NCBI GenBank assembly: GCA_951406725.2
Contig: OX597817.1
Location: forward strand, 81,158,001 to 81,222,000
DNA from: Octopus vulgaris
Taxonomy: Eukaryota
DNA length: 64,000 nucleotides
Direction: 5' to 3'
Shown here piece by piece: positions 13,400-26,596 of this stretch. Each line of letters begins with the position of its first letter. The first letter of the stretch is position 1. The translations under genes were made by a program, and so were the position numbers. The notes below the pieces were generated by a model. It was not told the DNA's origin, ran no database searches, and saw only the letters and a list, made by a program, of their open reading frames with translations.

Positions 13400-14530
13400 A
13401 AAGGTGTTGAAAATATGAATAATCATTCAAACAATATTAAATGGAGGAAATATTATTATAGCAATAAATTCATGAACTATGCCAGGATTAAGACTTTTGC
13501 TCCCTTTCTAAAATGGACAAAAATCGAGCTATATAACTTGGCTTGAAGCTGCTCACAATGCACAATGCATGCCAGCTTAAAAGTAATGCCCATAGACTCT
13601 ACTTTCCAAGAAAGGAAGGAAACAGATGATTTCTTAAAGCAGAAAACACCACTGATACTGTGATATTGGAGTTTAAAAATCATGCTGTACGTAATGGAGA
13701 AAGAATACTATGGGAGGCTAGAGGTGTCCAAAATGTTACTGAACAGTAGAAGAGTTCAAGAATAAAAGGAAGGCCAACAGAGCTAGCAGATGGAAAGAAA
13801 TGGAATTACAAGACCAATTCATGCAAGAAACCGAGAATGTTGGATGTAAGGAATGTTGGTTATAGTTGACAGATGGAAACCTGAAATGTGAAACCGAAGT
13901 ATCAATTATAGCCGTTCAGGAACAAGCCATTATCACGAATCTGATAAAGGAAACGATCAACAAAACTCAGTCAAAGAGCAAATGTAGAATTTGCAGGAAA
14001 GGAAACGAAAGTATTAACCAACTCTTGAGTGAATGCAATAAGCTAGCACAAAACGAGTATAAATACAGGCATGACTGTGTATGTAAAAGAATGTGTTGAG
14101 AAGTTTGCCGTGTGTGACTTCGAAATAACAGGGAGTTTGTATAAACACGAACCAAAGGCTGCGAAGGAGAATAGGAATTACAAGATCTTACAGAACTTAC
14201 CCATATAGACGGACTATACCATTGAAACAAGAAGAACAGATATAAGAGAAGACAAAATAAACAAACAGTGTAATCATAGACTTTGCAATATCATACAATA
14301 ACAAGGTAGGTACCAAAGAAACTGGGATGAAGAGATAGTGAAAGACTAGACGACAGTTATTCTTGTGGTAATTGGTGCACTTGACACAACATCCAAAATG
14401 CCAACTTGGAGACTGGAGGATAATGAAATTGAGATTTGCATGGCCGGTCTGCAGAAAAGTGCAATCCAGTATTCTACAAGAATCCCAAGAAAGACTCATG
14501 GAATTTGAGGATACTTGTCACCAAACCTCA
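13400..14530 (+). mobile_element. Degenerate R4/Dong-like 3' fragment
   Basis: ETEVSIIAVQEQAI.TN...CRIC...ESINQLLSEC.KLAQNEYK.RHD; boundaries approximate. Confidence 0.75.
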
Positions 14531-14699
14531 AAACAACCTCCCTGATAAATAATATAGTATACAATAACTATAATACACTGAAGTATAACATACATAAGAA
14601 AAAATTTACTAGTGAGCAGACCAAGCAAAGAATATATACAAAACCAATCAAAATCTTGTATTACACTGAGATAGTAAGTCAATTTGAGTGTAACGAACT

Positions 14700-16330
14700 T
14701 TTTTTCCTGACATTCGAGGAGGTACAATAGAAATATTAACATCAAATATAGGGAACCTTTATAATCTTCCACAGGAATTGGAGAGCCTGACAATGTCGAA
14801 TAGATCGAAACGGTTATAGTGGAACTAAGCAGGGCGGAGAGACAAGAACCGATCTCTATAGTTAGGGACAGTGTTCTGCAACAGGTAAAGATACTATCAA
14901 ATTGTAAAGTCACCAGGACCAGATAATATTCAAAGCTTTTTCAGAAAATACTTGAATTTCTTGCAAAGCCGAATCAGGAATCATCTGAATGAGTGTATTA
15001 TACAAGGAAATGTACCGGAGTGGATGCTTAACGGAAGAACAAATTTGATAATGAAATATCCAAGGAAGGAAAAAGTTACAGACCAGTCACCTGTCCCAGT
15101 CTGTTATTGAAATTACTTACAGTTGGGGGGGGGGCCGAAAAACATACAATCATTTAATGTACCTAAATAACTACTTATTGATCAGAAGGGATGCAGGAAA
15201 CGCTCAAAAGGCACCAAAAACCACGTTGTCGTTGACAAAAGGTTATTGAAGAAGTGCAAGCAACGACAGATTTTATCTATATAAGGCGTGGGTTAATTTC
15301 AAAAACTTTACGGCGTGGTATGTCATTCATGGATTATAAAGTCACTTAGAAAAACCTCATCAACATGCTTGGTGCTGAATGATGCGCTCGTAAACAATCT
15401 TGATGAGGAACATGAAATCACCAAGAAATGTAAATATCAAAAGAGGTGTCTCTCAGAGTGACTCTTTCTTCTTGTAAATTGTTATCCCGATACTACCCAT
15501 CTCATTGACACTTAGAAAAGTCAACATGGGTTACAATCTAGAAAGAAATGCATCTCTGAATCCTCAATTCCAATTCTTCGTGAATGGTTCAATGATATTT
15601 CCAAATAGAAATTCATTCCCTTATTGATACAATATTGGTGTGTTGAAGTAATATCGGAATGAAGTAATATTTGGAATGTAGCTTTGTATATCAAAATGTG
15701 TGACTTTAGCCATGAAGAAAGATGAGCGACTTCATTTCAGTGAAATAAATCTATCGAAAGAATGGATTTTAGAACTTGATGACAGTGGACACAAATATCT
15801 ACGAATACAGGTACTCAATGATATTATGCATCAGAAAACTAAGGGAAAAGTAAAACCAATATATTTGAAAAGATTATCCCTGTGTTGAAGTTCAAACTTA
15901 ATTCAACTGATCGGATACATTTGATCACCACATGCATCGATGGTTGCCATCGTGTGTCACAGTGGTGGAATAGTGAACTGGACGAAAGATCAAATTGAGA
16001 CATTAGACAGAAAAATCAAAAAAAAAAACTTTAACAATACATGAAGTACTTCATCCAAAGGCAAATGTCAGTAGTTTATACATGAAACGGAAGATTGGAG
16101 GAAGCGGACCTACTAATATTTCTGATAATGCGAATGAAGAACAAAGGATAGTGAACCAAAACCTTGCAAAAATAATGAAGAACATGCTGTAATAGAACAA
16201 GTATGTTGAACGTCAAGAGAAGAAAGCATACCAGAGCAGGATACTTTGTGAAAGAAAGATAAAAAAACAAAGAAAGGAAAGAAAGCGCCAAGTGCAGTTA
16301 CACCGATAGGTCCACAGAAACACCTAGAAA
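14700..16330 (+). mobile_element. Degenerate R4/Dong-like RT-domain fragment
   Basis: Recognisable K.PGPD, YRPVTC, QKGC, IKRGV.Q.DS.S and LHPKA motifs with many stops; boundaries approximate. Confidence 0.6.
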
Positions 16331-16439
16331 GCAATAATTCATGACTTATTTTAAGAGTGACACAATAATGTAGATTTAATGAGTGCTTTTCTTATCGACC
16401 CTGAAAGACAGCTGTTAGTGCGTATAGGACGAATCCGAT

Positions 16440-17562
16440 TATCAGCCAAGTCCATCATGAGGATCGCCCCACCGCCTTCTTTTGGTCGTGAAGGACAGGC
16501 AGTGATTTCCACAGAGCTCCCAATGGATCATTCTTGACACATTGTCATGGCGTCTTTTATATTCGCATTATGCCAATTTCGGAAATTCACTAACGATGTG
16601 CCATACCGTTACACCCGTCTCACCACACATTCTGCATTTGTCGCTATCGGTAGTGTTGTCTATTCTGCTATTCATATAATTGGTCCTTACGCCTGTTCCT
16701 GAGCTGCGCATATGAGTGCTTCTGTCTCTATCTCCAAATCACTCCTCCTCATCCATAACCACCGGTCTTCTGTATCTTCACGTTCGCATCTCTTGCAAAC
16801 TGACCGTAGTTTTCTTTTCCTGCCATGCTTTTTCTCTTTATCTTTTTTTTCCTTTTTGTTCATTGCTTATAAAAATTTTCTTTAGTTACACAATTTTCAG
16901 TTTTGATGACGCCGGCCTTCTTCGTGTGTTTCAACAGTAGTTCCACGGCATTTTTTATATACCACCCTAAGCCGTTTTCCTCTGCTGTGATACAGTCCTG
17001 GCAACCGATCAAATCTCTCCCACCCTTTCTTCTGGACAAGTACAGTCAGTCTATCGGTGTCACTCTTAGGGTGGAAGGCTCCTTGTAGTCAACATTTTTT
17101 CTGGTCATGGTATCCATTTTCTTCACTTCTCTTTCTTGCCATTTTATAATTCCCGCTCCATGCCAAAGTAATGCTATCACCTACCTATTAACTACTTGGA
17201 TTTTATTCTATCCAGTCAATTTTGAGTGCAACACCAACCTCAGTCTTCGGAAGTATTCCATTCTCAGTTGTTTTTTCATTTCCTTTTCCATTATCTCGTT
17301 GAACTCCAGTACACCAACATTTTTATCCTTCCGTTCCAATTTGTTTAATTCTATCCTTGCTAGGGACTGTACTTTGCCTCTTCTTAGATATATTATTTCG
17401 CAGTTCTTGAGTCCAAATTCCATTCTAATATCAGTACTAAAACAGTGGACCGTGTCCACCATGGAATTCGCTTGAGTTTCATCTTGGCCATACAGTTTTA
17501 AATCAGCCATGAAGAGGAGGTGATCGATTGTTTGGGATTTTCCCTTTAGTTGGTACCCCATG
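16440..17562 (-). mobile_element. Degenerate R4/Dong-like RT-to-zinc-knuckle fragment
   Basis: IDHLLFMADLKLYG...FSTDIRMEFGLKNC (RT catalytic region); the 5' end abuts an (ATT)n tract. Confidence 0.8.
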
Positions 17563-17614
17563 TTCATTTTCATTTTCATTATCATTATTATTATTATTGT
17601 TGTTATTATTATTA

Positions 17615-17684
<70 letters not shown>

Positions 17685-17685
17685 G

Positions 17686-18035
17686 GTTTTTCCTTCTCTC
17701 TTCAAATTTTCTTCCGTTTCTCGCCGAGTGTTTTCCATACACCTAGGGCAGAGAAGGGCATTGTATGCATTCCCAGATTACACGCACAAATTCACAGATA
17801 AAATATGTATTTAAAAGTTAATAAATAAATAAATTCATGGGTGGATGTTATTTTCACAACGATAGTGCTCTTCTCAGTACATGAGCCGTTCCAGTTAATA
17901 CGATTTTTTGCACTTCCTGTAGGGATGGTAAGCCTGGAATCATTTTCAAATAGGTCTCAGTATATATTTTTATCATTCCTAGAGATCCTACAATCACTGG
18001 TACTGTAGTCGTCTTGAGATGCCACATTTTTTCAA

Positions 18036-18036
<1 letters not shown>
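17686..18036 (-). mobile_element. R4/Dong-like extreme 3' end (~345 bp) within (ATT)n
   Basis: KMWHLKTTTVPVIVGSLGMI...PSLQEVQKIVLTGTAHVLRRAL* plus 3' UTR; second copy at 39443-39768. Confidence 0.8.
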
Positions 18037-18123
<87 letters not shown>

Positions 18124-18680
18124 GAGTGAGAGAGCAGTTCATGCCATCAAAGTGACACTGGGGTAAAATATACGAAGCCCAATATACCCATCATGACTAC
18201 CCGTCTGATAAAGGTACACCTGGCACATGCATCACAACCATATGTGCGCGACATGGTGATCTCATATCAAGATAAACAGCACATGACCTTGCAGATGGGT
18301 CCCAGTTAGAATTTTCTTCAGGTTGAGTAGCCCATCCCGCTCAAACGGTCCCTGAATAAGGGTTGTTTAAGGATGTTGAAAGAACCACCCATGTTTCCAG
18401 AGGTGAACTATTCAAACCCCAAAGAATCCCTCTCAACACATGGCAATGATGCTCCCCCACTACTTCTGCTCATGATCAGAGATGCACATATCGTCAGCCA
18501 CTAAGGGACATGCTCAACTGGTTAAGGTCAAACAACTGACAAGCAAATCTGTGGTATTGAGCAGAATATTTGCTGTAGCCCATCTTTTATACCAAGACAA
18601 AACAATGTACATGATAACACTTCCAATCAGTTAAGATCAGAAGCCATGAGAGCCACTGCCTGGTACTGCATCAGGGCATT
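18124..18680. mobile_element. ~560-bp non-coding interspersed element embedded in (ATT)n, copy 1
   Basis: GAGTGAGAGAGCAG...CAGGGCATT; near-identical copies at 39791-40351 and, inverted, 52982-53472. Confidence 0.85.
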
Positions 18681-19177
18681 TGTACTGCATCAGGGCATGG
18701 GTACTGCATCAGGGCATAGGTACTGCATCAGGGCATTGGTACTGCATCAGGGCATTGGTACTGCATCAGGGCATTGGTACTGCATCAGGGCATAGGTACT
18801 GCATCAGGGCATTGGTACTGCATCAGGGCATTGGTACTGCATCAGGGCATTGGTACTGCATCAGGGCATTGGTACTGCATCAGGGCATATGGTACTGCAT
18901 CAGGGCATTGGTACTGCATCAGGGCATTGGTACTGCATCAGGGCATTGGTACTGCATCAGGGCATATGGTACTGCATCAGGGCATTGGTACTGCATCAGG
19001 GCATGGTACTGCATCAGGGCATTTATGGTACTGCATCAGGGCATTGGTACTGCATCAGGGCATTGGTACTGCATCAGGGCATTGGTACTGCATCAGGGCA
19101 TGGTACTGCATCAGGGCATTTATGGTACTGCATCAGGACATTGGTACTGCATCAGGGCATTGGTACTGCATCAGGGC

Positions 19178-19180
<3 letters not shown>
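18661..19180 (+). repeat. 19-bp tandem repeat TGGTACTGCATCAGGGCAT x27
   Basis: Counted directly; the unit is the terminal 19 nt of the 560-bp element. Confidence 0.97.
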
Positions 19181-19228
<48 letters not shown>

Positions 19229-19466
19229 CACTAAGGCGGCGAGCTGACAGAATCGTTAGCATGCCGGGGGAAATGCTTAGCGGCATTTCGTCTGCCGCTA
19301 CGTTCTGAGTTCAAATTCCGCCGAGGTCGACTTTGTCTTCCATCCTTTCGGGGTCGATAAATTAAATACCAGTGAAACACTGGGGCCGATATAATCGACT
19401 GTTCCCCTCACCCAAATTTCAAGGATTATTATTATTATTATCATTATTATTATTATTATCATTATT

Positions 19467-19506
<40 letters not shown>

Positions 19507-19786
19507 CAATTTTTGTTGTATTTAGAATTATAATTTATATTATTGTTATTAGTATTAATACGAATAATAACAACAACAAGGTAATCATGGATTATTTAAA
19601 GATTTAGTCATGACAAGGTGTTTCGCTTAAGTCCTCTTTTGTTTGTCATTTATGTATATATATATCACTTCCTGCCTACATTCTTACAACCACCACTACC
19701 ACCAACAACAACAACAGCAACAGCAACCTTTCTGTATACATCTCTCCTTCTCTCTCGTGTCATTACATCACCACTTCCCCTCCTTT

Positions 19787-19827
<41 letters not shown>

Positions 19828-19832
19828 TCTCT

Positions 19833-19884
<52 letters not shown>

Positions 19885-20317
19885 TCTTACCAATAACTTC
19901 ATTCTTCCTCCCACCAACACAACCAATCACCACCATTATCTTCACCACTACCAGCAACAACGACATTTAAAAAAAACACTCCTCGACGTTTGTTTTCGAC
20001 CAACGGTTAAGTGAAACCTATCTTACAAAAAAGGAATTCATCACACATTCTCTCACATCCCAGTCTCGCATTCCCATCTCCTCCATTCGCTCCTCTCTTA
20101 CCCCTTCTACTCTTCCTTCCCCTCTCCTTAACTTTCTCGAAGACAATCCTCCTTTATAAAAATGGCGTGTTTCCACCATTTACATCAGGATTGTACTGGT
20201 CGCTTTTCATTAATCTGCTTCATAATTTGTGCTATTATATGATTATAAGAATCTCTAAATTTGTTTTTCTAGTCTTTGGGCATTGTGTGCTTTTTGTAGT
20301 ATGTATATAAGCATGCA

Positions 20318-20404
<87 letters not shown>

Positions 20405-20446
20405 TATATATAAATTCATATATGTAAATATATATGTGCATGTATG

Positions 20447-20493
<47 letters not shown>

Positions 20494-20590
20494 TCTGTGC
20501 TTGTTCATTCTAGTTTAACGCTATTTCTATTCAACAGTCACGTCTTATATATATACATACATTCATACACACACACACACACAAACACTC

Positions 20591-20655
<65 letters not shown>

Positions 20656-20739
20656 TTGTGTGTATGTATGTTTGCAAGCATTTATGTATGCATATATGTA
20701 TGTATGAATATAAACAAATACATAGATATATTTAAGTAG

Positions 20740-20811
<72 letters not shown>

Positions 20812-21111
20812 TGTGTGTGTGTGGTTGTATGTATATGTGTGCGTGTGTGCGAGTTTAAGCTTCAACAGTTTTCATCGTTTCGCTTCTTTCAACGTGTCTT
20901 TTCTTTTTCTGACAGATCTCACACTTTTTTCTTTTCGTAACGTTGTCCTTTTTTTAGAGAATACCTTGATTATTATTATTTTTATTGTTGTTGTTGTTGT
21001 TGTCATCACCATCATCATCATCATCATCATCATTTAACTTTACTCTAGTTTCTCTGTCTCCCACTCCCTCTCTCTTCCCAACTCTCTCACCCTCTCTCTC
21101 TCTCTCTCTTT

Positions 21112-21145
<34 letters not shown>

Positions 21146-21382
21146 CCTCTCTCTCTCTTTTTCGCCATCTATCTGTCTGTCTTTAGCAATTTATCTCCAT
21201 CTCTCTCTCACTTTCTGCTTCACTGCTTCGATAAGATGCTGTTGAGTTTTGTCTTCGAAAATGTCTCGACAATTTGAAGAACTGACATTGCATTATTACA
21301 GTGCCGGAAATACACGCTTTCATTTCTTTCATTAACAACATACACACACATACATATATATATTATACTATATATATATATG

Positions 21383-21450
<68 letters not shown>

Positions 21451-21667
21451 GTTTGTATGTAATACACACATATATACACCCTGTGTATATATATATATAT
21501 GTATGTATATATATATATTTATTTATATATACATATATATATATACATATACATATATAAATATAAATGCATATTTATATACATATATATGTATGTGTGT
21601 GTGTATGTATATATATACACGTATGTATATACGCTTTTGCTGTATAAGACTATATTTCAAATATATA

Positions 21668-21698
<31 letters not shown>

Positions 21699-22017
21699 AT
21701 GTATGTATGTATGTATGTATGCATACATGCATATATACATATTCATATACGTATGTATGCACACATACAGACATCTAGATAGATGTGTGTGTCACTCGCG
21801 CTGTATTTTTGCATATTATTTATTATTTATTTTATGTATTTTTATAATAGGGAGAGGTGTTCGTTGTTCCATAGAATTTTTTGTATCCCAATTCTTCATT
21901 CTCTTCACAGATCTACACTTTTAAGAACACGTCTGCTTCTCTTAACACAACCACAAAAGCACATACCAGACCCAATTGACAACAATTCAGACATGATTTT
22001 CTGTTTTTCGATTATTG

Positions 22018-22062
<45 letters not shown>

Positions 22063-22124
22063 TGGCAAGGAAAAGGAAAATAGTGAAGAAGGAAAAGGAT
22101 GAAAAAAATAAGAGCACAATGCAA

Positions 22125-22494
<370 letters not shown>

Positions 22495-22959
22495 TGGAAT
22501 TATAATAACAACGACAACAAAAGCGAGCAGGTGTAGTATATGTTTATAGTAAATGATGAAATGGAATGGTACCTCAAATGCTTGAGAATTATCGCAACAC
22601 GGCTCTTTTGATATAGGGTGGGTAATGTCCATAATAAAGACGTTTAATATATAACAAAAGACTTTCTGTGTTTTTCCATTGTTTTCGAACGACGTTTTTT
22701 TTTTTCTATTTTTCAAAATAATTTTTTTTTGTTGTTGTAGTTATTGTTGTTGCGTTTGTAATTGTTTACTTGCCATCATGAATATAAAAAATTTCCTTTA
22801 AAAAAAAAAAAAAAAACCCTTTACCATTCCAACAGAAATAAGCAGTTATTCATTTCATTATCACAAGTGTTGTTAAACTTAGCTTAGCCAACACCGAATC
22901 ATCGTAAAAGGAGACAACACACGCACACATATACATACATACATACATACATACATACA

Positions 22960-23051
<92 letters not shown>

Positions 23052-23179
23052 TCTAGCTTTATACCTGTTTTTTTTAGTTTATTATTACCTTATATCTTGT
23101 GTGTGTGTGCGTGTGTACTATGTATAATATATGTGCATAAATTTAATTACAGATACACACGTACATGTGTGTGTATATA

Positions 23180-23244
<65 letters not shown>

Positions 23245-23783
23245 ATGGAATACAAAAATGGCATTTTTTCGTGGGGTTTTAGAGATTTTTATATTATCTG
23301 TTTAAATCCGTTTTATAAAGTTAGAAATTTGATAGAATCTGTAAAGTACAAATCACTTTTAAAATTCTCCGTATCAGGTTCAGTTTTTGACATAGCCGAT
23401 TTTGTTTTGGATTGACAGAAGACAATATACTAGGCGTGGCTATGGGTTAAGAAGCTTGCTTCACAACCACATGGTTCCGAGTTCAGTCCCACTGAGTAGC
23501 ATTTTGGGCAAGTGTCTTCTACTATGGCCTCGGTCCCGACAAAAGCCTTGTGAGTGGATTTAGTAGACGGACACTGAAAAGAAGTCCATCGCATATATAT
23601 ATATATAGTTAGATAGATAGATATGTATGTATATATATGTACATATATAAGTACATACATATATATTTATATTGTATTATATATATATATATATATATAT
23701 ATTATACAAACACACACACACACATATATATATATGTATGTATATTTATATTTATTTATATGTGAGTCTGTGTGTGTGTGTGC

Positions 23784-23859
<76 letters not shown>

Positions 23860-23879
23860 ACTACTGCTCTCAACTATGG

Positions 23880-24727
<848 letters not shown>

Positions 24728-24738
24728 GTATATATATA

Positions 24739-26035
24739 CAGGGTGCGGTAAATGAATTGTCTAAATTACAAAAACAAAATGAAAATAAGACTGACCTCTC
24801 ATTTTAAAAGATTACATAAAAGTTTCTTGAAATGCTAAAGAGTAAATTTATTCAATAAAATCGCCATTGGCTTCAACCGGGGCCTCCAGACGACTTTGGA
24901 ATCTCCTACAACTCTTCTGGATGGTCACCTTATCTATGTTGGTGAATAATGCCATAATCCGTACCTTCAGTTTTCCTTTGGTGTTACAAGGAGTTTTGTT
25001 GGTCTCTCACTCAACTGCGCCCCACACATAATAATCAAGAGGATTGCAGTCTGAGGAGTTAGATGGTCAGATGTTAGGGGTGATGTGGTCGCAGAAATTG
25101 TCTGATAGCCACGATTGGGTTCTCCTGCTTGTGTGACATGCTGCAGAGTCCTGTTGCCAGACATAGGATCTTCAAGCAGCGACCCTCTTTACCCAGGACA
25201 GCACTACCCCTCTCCAGACACATCATGTAGGCCTCCGTGTTGAGTCTGAGACCGTGTGGGAAGATAAATAGAGGCATAATGTCGCTATCAGCAGTGATCA
25301 CTCAAACACCATGATGTTGACTGGATGTTTGATTTTTATCACTCTCGGTACATGTTTTGGGGACATGGCAAGCCAACAGTTGTTCAGTGTGTTCACCATC
25401 TGATCCTAGCAGAAATTTTTCTCGTCTGAGAAAAACCAAAGCATGTTTGGTTGGGAGGTAGGGGTGCTTGAGTTTGTTCAAAAGCTTCGTAGCGTGGTCT
25501 TTCCTCTTGTCCTCGATAGCTTGGGATAAAAAAAATTATCCCCTTCTCATCTTGTATGAAGAATACCGAATGTCTTCATGCACTACCTGCCTGATAAGAA
25601 ACTCAGACACCCCCATGTCCCTGGCGATGGACCTCACTGACTTGGCGGGATCGTTGTCAATCATGGTCTGGATCTCACCAACAAATTCAGGAGTTCTTTT
25701 CTCATCAGAACGACGAGAATAAGTTTTCCGAGCTGCCGTACCTTCGTAATCACTATTAGACTCAACCAACTCTTTCCGAATCCTCTGCACTGTCCTTAGA
25801 TTGACACCCAAACACTCTGAAATATTGGTATTGGGGCTTCCGGCGCGAATGCCAAGCAGTACAGCATGTCCTTTCCAAATTTCTGGTAGAGTGAATTGCG
25901 TCATAGTGTTGCTTCTCTCGCAGACGGTACCCAACTGACTGTACTATACTGTGTAGTCGACAAAATCAAAAACAAACAATGCGCATGTGCGAAATAAAAA
26001 ATATAAAATGGCGACAATTTACTTATCGCACTCTG
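24739..26035 (-). mobile_element. Tc1/mariner DD37D (maT-type) transposon, decayed
   Basis: TIRs CAGGGTGCGGTAAATGAATTGTC / CAGAGTGCGATAAGTAAATTGTC; HTH ORF 25536-25934; FFSDEKNF; QQD followed by 37 residues then D (NPLDYYVWG); stops and frameshifts present. Confidence 0.88.
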
Positions 26036-26069
26036 TGTATGTATGTGTGTGTGTGTGTGTGTGTACATA

Positions 26070-26135
<66 letters not shown>

Positions 26136-26535
26136 GTGTGTATATAGGCTGAAACACCTGTAAGAAGTGAGTTTAATGATTTCAATAATTTATATTATGA
26201 TTTTTATAATTTGTATTCTTATCTTTTATGTATTGAATTATAAGGTATATATGTATTCTATTGAGGTTTTCTTTTTGTTAAATGAATAAATAATTCAACA
26301 TTCTAATATCCGAAAGTTGATGAACAAACTAAATTGTTTCTCCATTTTCTTATTTGTATTATAAATTAATGGTAAAATATTTCTTTACCTTTACCCGTTT
26401 AATACAATAAATAAGTTAATTGCATTGCAATTAAAAACATTTATGTATTAAGAATTTGGATACTTTACCAACAGTATAGTGGATAAATACTATTCCTTAG
26501 TAGGTTGCACCCATAACCCCTAACTTACTTTGTGT

Positions 26536-26596
<61 letters not shown>

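Noticed and set aside
18124-18680. HDV-like ribozyme in the 560-bp element (GGCAGTG pairing with CACTGCT)
   Set aside because: The two strands are ~500 nt apart and there is no room for P4, J4/2 or P2 after the 3' strand.
18661-19180. CRISPR-like array or repeat-protein ORFs (18680-19308)
   Set aside because: There are no unique spacers and no cas genes, and the context is eukaryotic; the ORFs are open only because the 19-mer lacks stops.
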